From an uncultured Acidobacteriota bacterium (GTDB lineage: Bacteria > Acidobacteriota > Vicinamibacteria > Vicinamibacterales > SCN-69-37), in assembly GCA_963752045.1 (NCBI GenBank), contig CAVVWN010000005.1:46607-110606 (forward strand): DNA of 64,000 nt. The letters are read 5' to 3'. Under the pieces are notes generated by a model. The model saw only the letters and a program-made list of their open reading frames with translations. It was not told the origin of the DNA and made no database searches. The translations under genes were made by a program, and so were the position numbers. Shown piece after piece: positions 46,896-56,100 of the stretch; position 1 is the stretch's first letter; every line of letters begins with the position of its first letter.

Positions 46896-47000
46896 TCGAA
46901 CACGTCGACGCGGCCGGCGGCTCGACGGTACGGTACCCGGCTTTCTCAGGGGTGAGCCATGAGACTCGGATCGTTCGTCGCAGGGACCTGCAATGCCGCG
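46890..47000 (+). repeat. Copy 1 of a ~110-bp direct repeat (relic of the M23 peptidase 5' region: upstream sequence + first 14 codons)
   Basis: GCGCATTCGAACACGTCGAC...TTTCTCAGGGGTGAGCCATGAGACTCGGATCGTTCGTCGCAGGGACCTGCAATGCCGCG matches 51645-51798 apart from a 5-nt and a ~49-nt indel and a few substitutions (aligned by eye). The mini-ORF MRLGSFVAGTCNAALVF... stops after 25 codons. Confidence 0.8.
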
Positions 47001-47007
47001 CTGGTGT

Positions 47008-47967
47008 TCATCGAGAGCCGCCGCCGCTGCGGATGATCACGTCGTCCTCGCTCGGCAGCAGCCACAGCGCAGCGATGCGCCACTCGCCGGCGGCGCGGGT
47101 GACGATCCACGTCGCGCGCGCATAGCGGACCGGCAGTCGCGTATCGGCGGACGAAGCGCGGTCTCCGGTGGCCGTGATGTTGAGCAGGACGACATCGGGC
47201 GCGATCGGGCGCATCTCGTCGATGATGAGCAGCGCGCGATACGGCCGGGGCTCGGAAAGGTACGCGCCCCACCAGTCTTCGATCGCTCGCCGGCCACGGA
47301 TCGCCGGCAGGTTGCGCAGGACGATCTCGGCGTCGTCGCGGTAGAAGGCGCTGACGGCGGCCGGGTCGAGGCTGTTGAGCGCATCCTCGTACGAGGCGAC
47401 GAACGCGCGCACGTCGGGCTTGAGGCGATCCGCGGCCTCGACGGTGTCGTTGAGCGTCACGCGATCCTGCTCCGTGGGCAGCCCACGCATCGCCGCGATG
47501 AGCCAGTTGTCGCCCTGACGTTGCCACAACCAGGCGCCGCGAAATCGCCGCGTGGTGAGCTCCTGTCCGCGGCTGTCGCGGCCTCCGGTCGTCGTCGCGA
47601 CGGTCATCACCGCGACACCGGCCGCCACGAACCGGATCGGGCTCACGTCGAGCGTCAGGTGCCGCTCGGGCTCCTGCTGGGCGAAGTACGCCTGCCACTG
47701 GGCGCGAATCTCCTCCGGTCCATGCGCCGCGGGCTGGTTGCCCATCACGGAGTCGGCGTCTTCAGTGAAGAAGACCGCGAGTCCCGCAGCATCGTGGGCG
47801 TTCCAGACGTTCACGTAGGCATCGATGCGCGCACGGATCGCGTCGGCGTCGCCATTCTGTGCCGCAGTCATGGGGAGCGGGTGAGCAGCGACCAGGATCA
47901 CGGCAAGGGTCGACTCCGCCGCGACGCGGGAGGCACGAACGATAGCGATCAAGGCTGGATTCGACAT
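47008..47967 (-). CDS. Secreted protein with two SnoaL/DUF4440-like (NTF2-fold) domains
   Basis: Two similar halves: DADAIRARIDAYVNVWNAHDAAGLAVFFTEDA...WLWQRQGDNWLIAA and VRAFVASYEDALNSLDPAAVSAFYRDDA...TWIVTRAAGEWRIAA. Confidence 0.5.
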   Translation of the reverse strand: MSNPALIAIVRASRVAAESTLAVILVAAHPLPMTAAQNGDADAIRARIDAYVNVWNAHDAAGLAVFFTEDADSVMGNQPAAHGPEEIRAQWQAYFAQQEPERHLTLDVSPIRFVAAGVAVMTVATTTGGRDSRGQELTTRRFRGAWLWQRQGDNWLIAAMRGLPTEQDRVTLNDTVEAADRLKPDVRAFVASYEDALNSLDPAAVSAFYRDDAEIVLRNLPAIRGRRAIEDWWGAYLSEPRPYRALLIIDEMRPIAPDVVLLNITATGDRASSADTRLPVRYARATWIVTRAAGEWRIAALWLLPSEDDVIIRSGGGSR

Positions 47968-47977
47968 CTCTACCTCC

Positions 47978-49381
47978 TCAGTCCGAGGCGCCGCCGCTCC
48001 GGTCCAGGATCTGCAGGATGCCGTCGGTCTTCATGAGTGCCTCGATGTCGGCCACCGTCCGCGGGACGCCGATCGACAGCACTTCGTGCCCGCTCTCGGT
48101 GATGGCGACGGTATCCTCGATGCGAATGCCGATTTCCTCGTCACGCCGGAACAGCTGGATGTCGCAGGCGAACACGAAGCCCGGCTGCAGCACCTCATCC
48201 GCGCCGGCGAACGTGCCCATCACATCATGGGTCGCCAGTCCGATGGAGTGGTTGTAGCCGCCCAGGCGCACGATGCCGGCGAAGTCCTGCGCGAAGCGGT
48301 CGAACCCCCGTGCCTTGATGAGGGCGTCCACCCTCTGGCCGACCTGCCCGAGCGTCACGCCGGGGCGGTAGCTCTCGATTGCCACATCGTGTACCGCGAG
48401 GGCCGCCTCGTACAGTTCCTTCTGTCTGGGCGAAAACGTCCCGGACGCCGGAAACGTCGTGGAGATGTCCACGTGGTAGTTCTCGTAGTCCGGGGCGGCG
48501 TCGAGAATGATGAAGTCGCCGTCGTTGAGCACCCGATCGTACTGGTGATAGTGCCCGTACGCGTGGTTCTTGCCCGACATGATGATCGTGTAATACGCCA
48601 GCCCCCGCGCACCGGCTCGGGCCGACACGAAGTCGAACACCGCCGCCAGTGCCTTTTCCGACACGCCTGGCCGCGTCGACTGGATGAGCGCCTTGTGCGC
48701 CTGGACGCCGAGCTGGGCCACCCGGCGCATGATGTCGATCTCCGCCTGGGATTTGAACTTGCGGAGGTTCCAGACGATTGGGGAACTGTCGCGAACCTCG
48801 ACCTGCGGAAAACGCTCGCGCAGCTGTTTCACGAACTGGAGCTCACGCGTGAGCCGGCCGTCCCACATGTTGAGCGTCATCGACTGCTGCAGCGCGTTGA
48901 ACTTCTCGTTGCTGTTCTCGGGCCCGATTTCCTCAGGCTTGAACATGGTGAACAGGGGCTGGTTGCGCCGGGCGATGCCGGCCAGGAAGCTGCTGAACTG
49001 CTCGGCCGGCAGCGCGCGCTCGATGCCCGTATATGCCACCGGATTCCGGATGAGGTCGAGCGGAATCGCCTGGCCGTCTGCCGTGGTTTCGGTCATGGTG
49101 AAGAACAGCACGCTCTCCTTGCGCATGCCGTCCACCACGAGAACGGCGTCCGGCATCTCGACGCCGCTCATGTAGAAGAAGTCATGGCCCTGCCGGAATG
49201 CCACGTCGCTTGACGGCGTCTGCGCGCCGAGAAAGACGGCCGTGCCGTCCCCAATCGCCGCCATCAGCCGGGCGCGCCGGGCCGCGTACTCTTCCTTGTT
49301 GAACAGGTCGGCGGTGCGCGCGGGGGCCGCCACAAGCGCGACTCCCGCCGCCAGCGCCACCAGCCACAGGCGTCCTCTCAT
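47978..49381 (-). CDS. Secreted M24-family Xaa-Pro aminopeptidase
   Basis: From M109 of ORF 47978..49705: signal peptide MRGRLWLVALAAGVALVAAPA, creatinase-like N-domain, and pita-bread residues (ILDAAPDYENYHVDISTTF, HSIGLATHD, IRIEDTV). Its ATG overlaps the M1 peptidase stop (ATGA). Confidence 0.8.
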   Translation of the reverse strand: MRGRLWLVALAAGVALVAAPARTADLFNKEEYAARRARLMAAIGDGTAVFLGAQTPSSDVAFRQGHDFFYMSGVEMPDAVLVVDGMRKESVLFFTMTETTADGQAIPLDLIRNPVAYTGIERALPAEQFSSFLAGIARRNQPLFTMFKPEEIGPENSNEKFNALQQSMTLNMWDGRLTRELQFVKQLRERFPQVEVRDSSPIVWNLRKFKSQAEIDIMRRVAQLGVQAHKALIQSTRPGVSEKALAAVFDFVSARAGARGLAYYTIIMSGKNHAYGHYHQYDRVLNDGDFIILDAAPDYENYHVDISTTFPASGTFSPRQKELYEAALAVHDVAIESYRPGVTLGQVGQRVDALIKARGFDRFAQDFAGIVRLGGYNHSIGLATHDVMGTFAGADEVLQPGFVFACDIQLFRRDEEIGIRIEDTVAITESGHEVLSIGVPRTVADIEALMKTDGILQILDRSGGASD

Positions 49382-51079
49382 CGCATGCCTCCTGTCGATG
49401 CCGGGTGACCGGCCGTGCGGGTGACGGTCCAGGTGGCGAGCAGGCGGGTCCCGGGATCGATGATCATCTCGACCACGTCCTTGCCTGCCGGCAGGTCGGA
49501 CCGGGCTTGTGCACGCATCGCGTCCCCGCCCGCCAGCGTGACTGTTGTCACATCGCTCGTGCTGCCGTCCGCGAACCTGAACGCCACGTCCACCTCCAGC
49601 TCGAACCGGTACGTCGGCTGGGTCTGGGTCAGATCCAGGTGCACGGTCCTTCCCTGGACCGACCATGAGGCGTCGACGTGTGGCATGCCGCCCTGGAACA
49701 GCCACTGCGTGAAGAAGCCCCCGAGCGACTGGCCGGAGGCCTCCTCGAGGTGCCGGACGAAGTCGGGAGTCCGCGCGTTCCGGTCCTTGTACTCGGCGTA
49801 GTACGACCTGACACCCGCGTTGAACGCCTCGGCGCCGATCTTCTCGCGCAACATGTGGAGGGTCCAGGCGCCCTTCTGGTACATCATCGGCCCGGAGACG
49901 TTGTTGACGTCTTCGACGAGCGGCCGGACAATCTGGAAATCGTAGTCCTTCTTGTAGAAGTCCACGACCCGGTTGCGGGCGTCCTTCAGGCCCGCGACGA
50001 AATCGTCATGCCCGTAGGCATGTTCCCGGTACAGCAGCGTGTAGTAGGTGGCGAATCCTTCACTGAGCCATACGTCGTTCCAGTCCGATTCGGTGACCGC
50101 GTTGCCGAACCACTGGTGGGCGATCTCATGGACGATCACGTGCTGCCAGCGCCTGGACCGATCGCCCGTGACCGAGGTCTCCGAATAGGCGATCGCCGAC
50201 GCGGCCTCCATGCCGCCGCTCGTGGCGGTGGAGACGATGTTCGCCAGCTTCTCGTACCAGGTACGGCCCGATGAGGTTCGAGTAATAGTCCAGGACCTTC
50301 CAGGTGGGTTCCGCGAAGTCGTGGAAACCGGCATCGCGGTCCTGGCGGGGCACCCAGGTCTGGATGGACTTGCCGTCGAATTCGCCGACGTACTGCACGG
50401 CGAAGTCCGCCACGCCCAGCATGAAGAGCCAGGGAGCGATCGGCACCGAGTTCTTCCAGTGTGACAGGGTCGTGCCATCACCCTGGCTGGTCTCTTCCAC
50501 CAGCACGCCGTTCGACACCACCAGGTAGTGGGCGGGCGCAATCACGATCATCTCGCTGGTAGCCTTGTCCGAGGGATGGTCCACCGCCGGCAGCCAGTTC
50601 CGGACCCGTGACGACCAGTTGTCGCTGAAGAAGGCGCGGTCACCGTGCCTGTTGGGGCCAACCTTCAGACCTGCGGCCGGAATCCCGCTGTAGGTCACGG
50701 TGACCCTCACCCGTTCGAATGCCTGGCTCACGCGCCCCAGGTCGATGAACACCTGATCGCGCTCGTGCCGAAACGCCAGCGGCCGGCCATCCATCGTCAC
50801 GCCGTGCACCGTCATGCCCTTGCCGCCCAGCGCCTCGGACTGTTTGATCAGGTCCAGCCGCAACTCGCGCTGCCCGGCGGTCACGAACCGAGCGTCGATG
50901 GTCGCGGCGCCGGAAATACTGTCGGACTGATCCGACAGTCTCAGCTCGAACGCGTAATTGAGGATGTCAATCCCGGCGTTCTTCGGATAACTGTCCCGAT
51001 AGTTTCCCGGGACCGACTGGGCCGACGCCACCTGCGCCAGCAGGAGCGTGATGACGATCGCAAGACACCTGCGCAGCAT
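49378..51079 (-). CDS. Secreted M1-family aminopeptidase (aminopeptidase N-like), one frameshift as sequenced near 50260
   Basis: The N-part is in ORF 50126..51439, from MLRRCLAIVITLLLAQVASAQ to ..VLDYYSNLIGPY. The C-part is in ORF 49378..50541: YEKLANIV...GGMEAASAIAY...HEIAHQWFGNAVTESDWNDVWLSEGFATYY (GxMEN-like + HEXXH-X18-E). Confidence 0.85.
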
Positions 51080-51154
51080 GGTGACCACTATACGGCCTGC
51101 CGAGGCCGGCCGGAACCGGGTGCGGCAGGCAAACCACGACCCTTGACGCCGATC

Positions 51155-51585
51155 GGGCCTCACCTGACGCGGATACGGGACAACCTCGCCGATTCGCCGG
51201 CACACGCGGCGGTGTTCGGGCGGATGCGCGAAGCCCTCGACGCTCACCAGCGGGAGACTCGCGACGTCGGCTTGCTGCCGGAGTACGCGCTGCATCAAGG
51301 ACCGGCACCGACGCCCTACGGTTTGCGCACGGACCGTCGCGCCTACGACTTCGAGCGCGTCTTCGCGATGGCAGCCTCGTGGCTGACGCCAATCCCGTCG
51401 AGCGAGGTGAGTTCGTTGCGCTGCTGGCGGCCTACTCACTCAACCAGGTGCCGAACCTGCCGGGCGACATCCGGGCCGAGGTGCACGCGCTGCCGGCGAC
51501 ACCACCCGACGATGGACGCAGGCTCCGCAGTCGAGAGGACTACCTGCCGCGCTTGAAGGCGGCCATTCAGCAGGACGTGCGCTGA
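51155..51585 (+). pseudogene. 3' remnant of a sulfatase-like gene (5' part missing, one frame break near 51375)
   Basis: LTRIRDNLADSPAHAAVFGRMREALDAHQRETRDVGLLPE resembles the C-terminal ..NLA.dP.....l..L...L..w....D.. tail of arylsulfatases. It continues in another frame (ADANPVERGEFVALLAAYSL...). There is no N-terminal catalytic part. The assignment is weak. Confidence 0.4.
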
Positions 51586-51644
51586 CCGTTGGTCCGGCTA
51601 CCGGACGATCTCCGACGACCAGTTCGTCATGACGTGGATCCGCT

Positions 51645-51798
51645 GCGCATTCGAACACGTCGACCGGCGGCTCGACGGTGCGGTACCCGACCCGCACTTG
51701 CGCGTACCTCAATAGGGGTGGGTACGCACACCTGCCCGGTTTCTCAGGGGTGAGCCATGAAACTCGGATCGTTCGTCGTGGGGACCTGCATCGCCGCG
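51645..51798 (+). repeat. Copy 2 of the ~110-bp direct repeat (functional 5' region and first codons of the M23 peptidase gene), with a ~49-nt insert carrying a small hairpin
   Basis: See copy 1. The extra segment at about 51690-51738 contains GCGTACC...GGTACGC. Confidence 0.8.
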
Positions 51799-52470
51799 TC
51801 GGCCTTCGGTGGCGCCTGCGCCGGCGGCCTGACCGCGCCCGACGGGACCGGAGCCGTCACCACGCAGCCACAGACGCAGGCTGCGTGTCTGGAGGGCGCA
51901 ACCTTCGTCGCACCGGCTGAATCTCCGTACGTCCTGCCCTGGGCTGCGGGGCAGAGCTTCGTGGTGGGACAGGGCTACTGCACGCCGCCGCCGCGGAGCC
52001 ACCACTTGCGCTACGCCTACGACTTTCTGATGCCCGTCGGTACCGAGATTCGCAACGTACGAGCCGGCCTGGTCGTCGAGCTGCGCGAGCACTTCGCCGA
52101 CGACGATCGGGTCGGCGGACACGAGAACATGGTGTCGTTGCGTCACGGCGACGGGACGATCTCGATCTACATGCACCTGCGACACGAGGGCGTGGCGGTG
52201 GAGATGGGCCAGCAGGTTCCACAAGGTGCTCTTCTCGGGTGGTCGGGCGCGACGGGCGACCCCGCCGGGATTCCACACCTGCATTTCCAGGTGTGCCTGC
52301 GAAGCGGCATGTGCTCCTACACGACGCAGGAGATCACGCTGCCGGTCACTTTCAGCAACGCGCAGGGGCCATCCGGGCCCACCGGCGGGCTGATCGAAGG
52401 GGAGCGCTATGCCGCCGATCGCGGTGTCGAGCCGGGCTGCACGTCAATCGTGGACTGCGGGAACGGGTGA
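51757..52470 (+). CDS. M23-family (LytM/lysostaphin-like) metallopeptidase lipoprotein
   Basis: MKLGSFVVGTCIAASAFGGACAGG carries the lipobox. The M23 motifs are HHLRYAYDF (HxxxD) and GIPHLHFQV (HxH). Confidence 0.75.
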   Translation: MKLGSFVVGTCIAASAFGGACAGGLTAPDGTGAVTTQPQTQAACLEGATFVAPAESPYVLPWAAGQSFVVGQGYCTPPPRSHHLRYAYDFLMPVGTEIRNVRAGLVVELREHFADDDRVGGHENMVSLRHGDGTISIYMHLRHEGVAVEMGQQVPQGALLGWSGATGDPAGIPHLHFQVCLRSGMCSYTTQEITLPVTFSNAQGPSGPTGGLIEGERYAADRGVEPGCTSIVDCGNG

Positions 52471-52473
52471 CCG

Positions 52474-53124
52474 ATGTCGGCCGCCGCCGCTCACTGTGCC
52501 AGAATGGCCGCTGACAGGAAGGCGTTCGTGCCAGCCGATCCCACCGGTCGCCTCACCGGGATCGTGGCGGCCTTCGAGGCCGATGCCACACGAGCCGGCG
52601 TCCCCGCCGACGAGCTGTTCCCGATCGTCTACGAGGAACTGCGACGGCTGGCCGGCGCGTTCATGGCGCGCGAGGCGGCCGGACACACGCTGCAACCCAC
52701 CGCCCTCGTCCACGAGGCCTACCTCAAGCTCGCCCGAGAGACCCGCGCGCGTTTTTCCGGCCGAGCCCATTTTCTTGCCGTAGGCGCCCAGGTGATGCGC
52801 CGGTTGCTCATCGATCACGCCCGACGCCGAGGGTCGGTCAAGCGCGGTCTCGGCTGGCAGCGCGTGACCCTGGGCCGCGCGGGCGATCCGCTCATGCCCG
52901 AAGCCATGGGGCCGGAGGAGCTGCTCGGCCTCGACGCGGCGCTCGAGCGGCTGGCCCGGCTCGACGAGCGTCAAGCCCGCATCGTCACCCTCCGGTTCTT
53001 CGGCGGACTCACGACGGCGGAAACGGCCGAGGCCGTGGGCGTCTCGACGCGCACGGTCGAGGCCGACTGGCGACACGCGCGCGCCTGGCTGCGCGTGGAG
53101 CTGTCGGGGAGCGCGGCGCCGTGA
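52474..53124 (+). CDS. ECF-type sigma-70 factor (PF07638/TIGR02999-like, kinase-associated type), pair 2
   Basis: ELFPIVYEELRRLAGAFMAREAAGHTLQPTALVHEAYLKL and the region 4 HTH TAETAEAVGVSTRTVEADWRHARAWL. It starts 3 nt after the M23 stop. Its stop overlaps the kinase GTG (GTGA at 53121-53124). Confidence 0.8.
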   Translation: MSAAAAHCARMAADRKAFVPADPTGRLTGIVAAFEADATRAGVPADELFPIVYEELRRLAGAFMAREAAGHTLQPTALVHEAYLKLARETRARFSGRAHFLAVGAQVMRRLLIDHARRRGSVKRGLGWQRVTLGRAGDPLMPEAMGPEELLGLDAALERLARLDERQARIVTLRFFGGLTTAETAEAVGVSTRTVEADWRHARAWLRVELSGSAAP

Positions 53125-56100
53125 GTCGCAACCGCCACGCCCGAGTGAAGGCGCTGTTCCTCGCCGCGTGCGAGCGACCGGCGAGCGAGCGTCACGCCTT
53201 CCTCGACGAGGCGTGCGCCGGCGACCTCGACCTGCGCCGCGCGGTCGACCAGCTCGTCGAAGCTGACGAGGCGGTCGGACCGCACCGTGACGACGAACCG
53301 GACGCCATTGCGGGATACCGCCTCGTACGCAAGGTCGGCGAAGGCGGGATGGGGGAGGTCTGGGAGGCCGAGCAGCTCGAGCCCGTCCGCCGGCGCGTCG
53401 CCGTGAAGTTCCTGCGGTACGGCCTGGCCACGCGGGAGGCTGCCTTGCGGTTCGAATCCGAACGCCAGGCGATGGCGCGCATGGACCATCCCTGCATCGC
53501 CCGGGTGTTCGATGCCGGCACCACCCGGAGCGGCCGCCCGTACTTCGCCATGGAATTCGTCGAGGGCGAGCCCATCGACGCCTACTGCGCTGGACGCGAG
53601 CTCGACGTCCGAGACCGGCTGTGGCTCTTTGCGCAGGTGTGCGACGGCGTGCAGCACGCTCACGTCAAGGGAGTCATACACCGCGACCTGAAACCCTCGA
53701 ACGTCCTCGTCACGCGGCTGGCGGACCGCGCCGTTCCGAAGATCATCGACTTCGGAGTGGCAAAGGCCCTCGACGAGCGCCTCACCGACGGCACGCTGCT
53801 CACCGCGCACGGGCAATGGCTCGGCACGCCCGAGTACATGAGTCCGGAGCAGGCCGGGCTGTCGGCCTTCGACGTGGATGCCCGGACTGACGTGTACTCG
53901 CTCGGGTGCATTCTCTATGAGTTGCTCTGCGGAGCGCCGCCGTACGACAGCCGCGTGCTGCGCGCCGCCGGCTTGGACGAAATGCGGCGGATGATCCGCG
54001 AAGAGGACCCACCTGCGCCGAGTGCCCGCGTCGGTGCGCGCGGCGACGTTCGGAGCACGGTTGCCGTGGGTCGGCGAACCGACAGTCGCACGCTTCGGAA
54101 GCAGCTCCGCGGTGACCTGGACTGGATCGCCATGACAGCGCTCGAGAAGGACCGGCGGCGACGCTACGGGTCACCCGCGGAGCTGGCAGCCGACATCCGC
54201 CGACACCTCCGGTACGAACCCGTCACGGCCGGCTCGCCGGGCCATGCCTACCGAATCGGCAAGTTCTGCCGCCGTCACCGGACCGGCGTCGTCGCCTCCG
54301 CCGTCGTGTTCCTCGCGCTCGTCGGCGGTCTGGCGGTTGCCTCGATGGGACTCGTGCAGGCGCGGGCATCCGAGCGGCTCGCCAGCCGGCAGGTCGATCT
54401 GCTCGTGGCCATGCTGAACGGGTTCGACAGCGGCGGACCCGCGTCGGCCGCAGCCAGCCCGCGCGGCCAGCTCGACGCGATGTCCGAGCGCATCGACCGG
54501 GAGCTCGTCGACCAGCCCGTGGTTCGAGCGCGGCTCAAGACGACGCTCGGGCGCGTGCGGACGAACCTCGGTCACTTCCCGGAAGCGCAGGCGCTGCTTC
54601 AGGAAGCGCTGGTACTGCGCGAAACGCATCTGGGGCCGAACGCGCCCGAGACGGCCGAGACGCTCACGGCCCTGGGCATCCTCGCCAACGAACTGGGAGA
54701 GTACCGGGCCTGCGAGCGCTACTTCAGTCGCGCACTCGAGATCGACGAGCGCGCGTTCGGCCCTGAGCATCCCGTCACGGCCACGAGCCTCACCTACCTC
54801 GCGTACGCCCGATGGCGTCTCGGGGAATTCGAGGCCGCGGCCGCAGGCTTCGATCGGTCGCTGGCGATCCGGGAGCGCACGCTCGGTCGCGACCACGAGG
54901 CCGTGGCCGAGACGCTGTATCTGCAGGCCGTGCTTCTGGCCGACACGGGGAAGCTCGAACCGGCCGCAGCCGGGGCGAGGCGATCGCTCGACATCCGCGA
55001 GCGAAGCCTGGGGCCGGACGGCCTCGCGACCGGCTGGTCGGCCAGCCTGCTCGGCACGATCCTGCTGGATCTCGACTCCCCGGCCGCGGCCATCCCCGTG
55101 CTCGAACGGGCGCTGTCGATCGTCGAGCGGCGCCAGGGACCGGATCACGTCGGCGTAGCCGAACCGCTCATCAGCCTGGGATGGGCGCTTCTTCGTGAAG
55201 AGGACGTCGCGGTCGCCGAAGCGCGTTTCGCCCGCGCGCTGGACGTGATTGGTCGCACGGTTGGCGACGCGCATCCCCGTGCGGCCGACGCGCTCGATGG
55301 GCTCGGGCATCTCGCGCTCACAGACGGCGATCATCGGCTCGCGCGCCGGTACTTCGAGAGGAGCCTGACGATTCGCGAGCGCGCGCTGGGCGCAGCGCAT
55401 CCGCATGTGGCGAGGAGCCTGCTCGGGCTGAGCGATGCCGCCTCGGCCGAAGGCGATGCCGAAGAGGCGGCCGCGTTGCGTGAGCGGCGCGCAGCCATTC
55501 TCGGACAGAGCCGTTCGTCCGAGGCGCGACAGGTCGAGGTTGACTACGTCGTGCGGATTGTCCTGGCCGACCAGGGTCTGGTCCGCGTTCGTGCCGAGGT
55601 CTCTCGAGAGGCGGCGGGTGAGAACCGTACTCTGGAAATGCGCTTTCGAGACGTGCGCCGGGTGCCGGGTGCCGTGCGGACGTTTCGCGCCGCAGCCGAC
55701 GGGCGTGCGCTGGAGGTTCAGCAGCAGGCCGAACGTGAGGATGACGTCCGCACGATCGTGCTCGATGAATCTTCCGGCGCGGTGAGGCTCGAATACACGC
55801 TGGACCCGACCTTCTTCCCGCCGGGATCGGGCTCGACCGACCCGGCAGACGCCCGGGCGCGCGTCGGCGAAGACTTCGCCGTCCTGAGGACGTCGCGTCT
55901 TCTGCCGGCGTTCGACGGCCATGCGTTTGCGGCCAGGGTCACGTTCGACCTGCCGGATGGCTGGATCGCGGCGACGCCATGGGTCCCGGATGGCGATGGC
56001 TTCCGGCTGTCGTCCGACGACCATGCCGCGGTCGATTACGTGGGGCTCGGACCGTTCGCGATCCGCGACGTCGTTACCGGAAACACTGCTTTCCGAGTCG

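Noticed and set aside
46959-47036. The mini-ORF MRLGSFVAGTCNAALVFIESRRRCG as a genuine small lipoprotein or leader-peptide gene.
   Set aside because: - Its first 14 codons and its upstream region are a near copy of the M23 peptidase 5' end.
- The reading frame then runs into the 3' end of the convergent gene and stops.
- It is best explained as a recombination relic.
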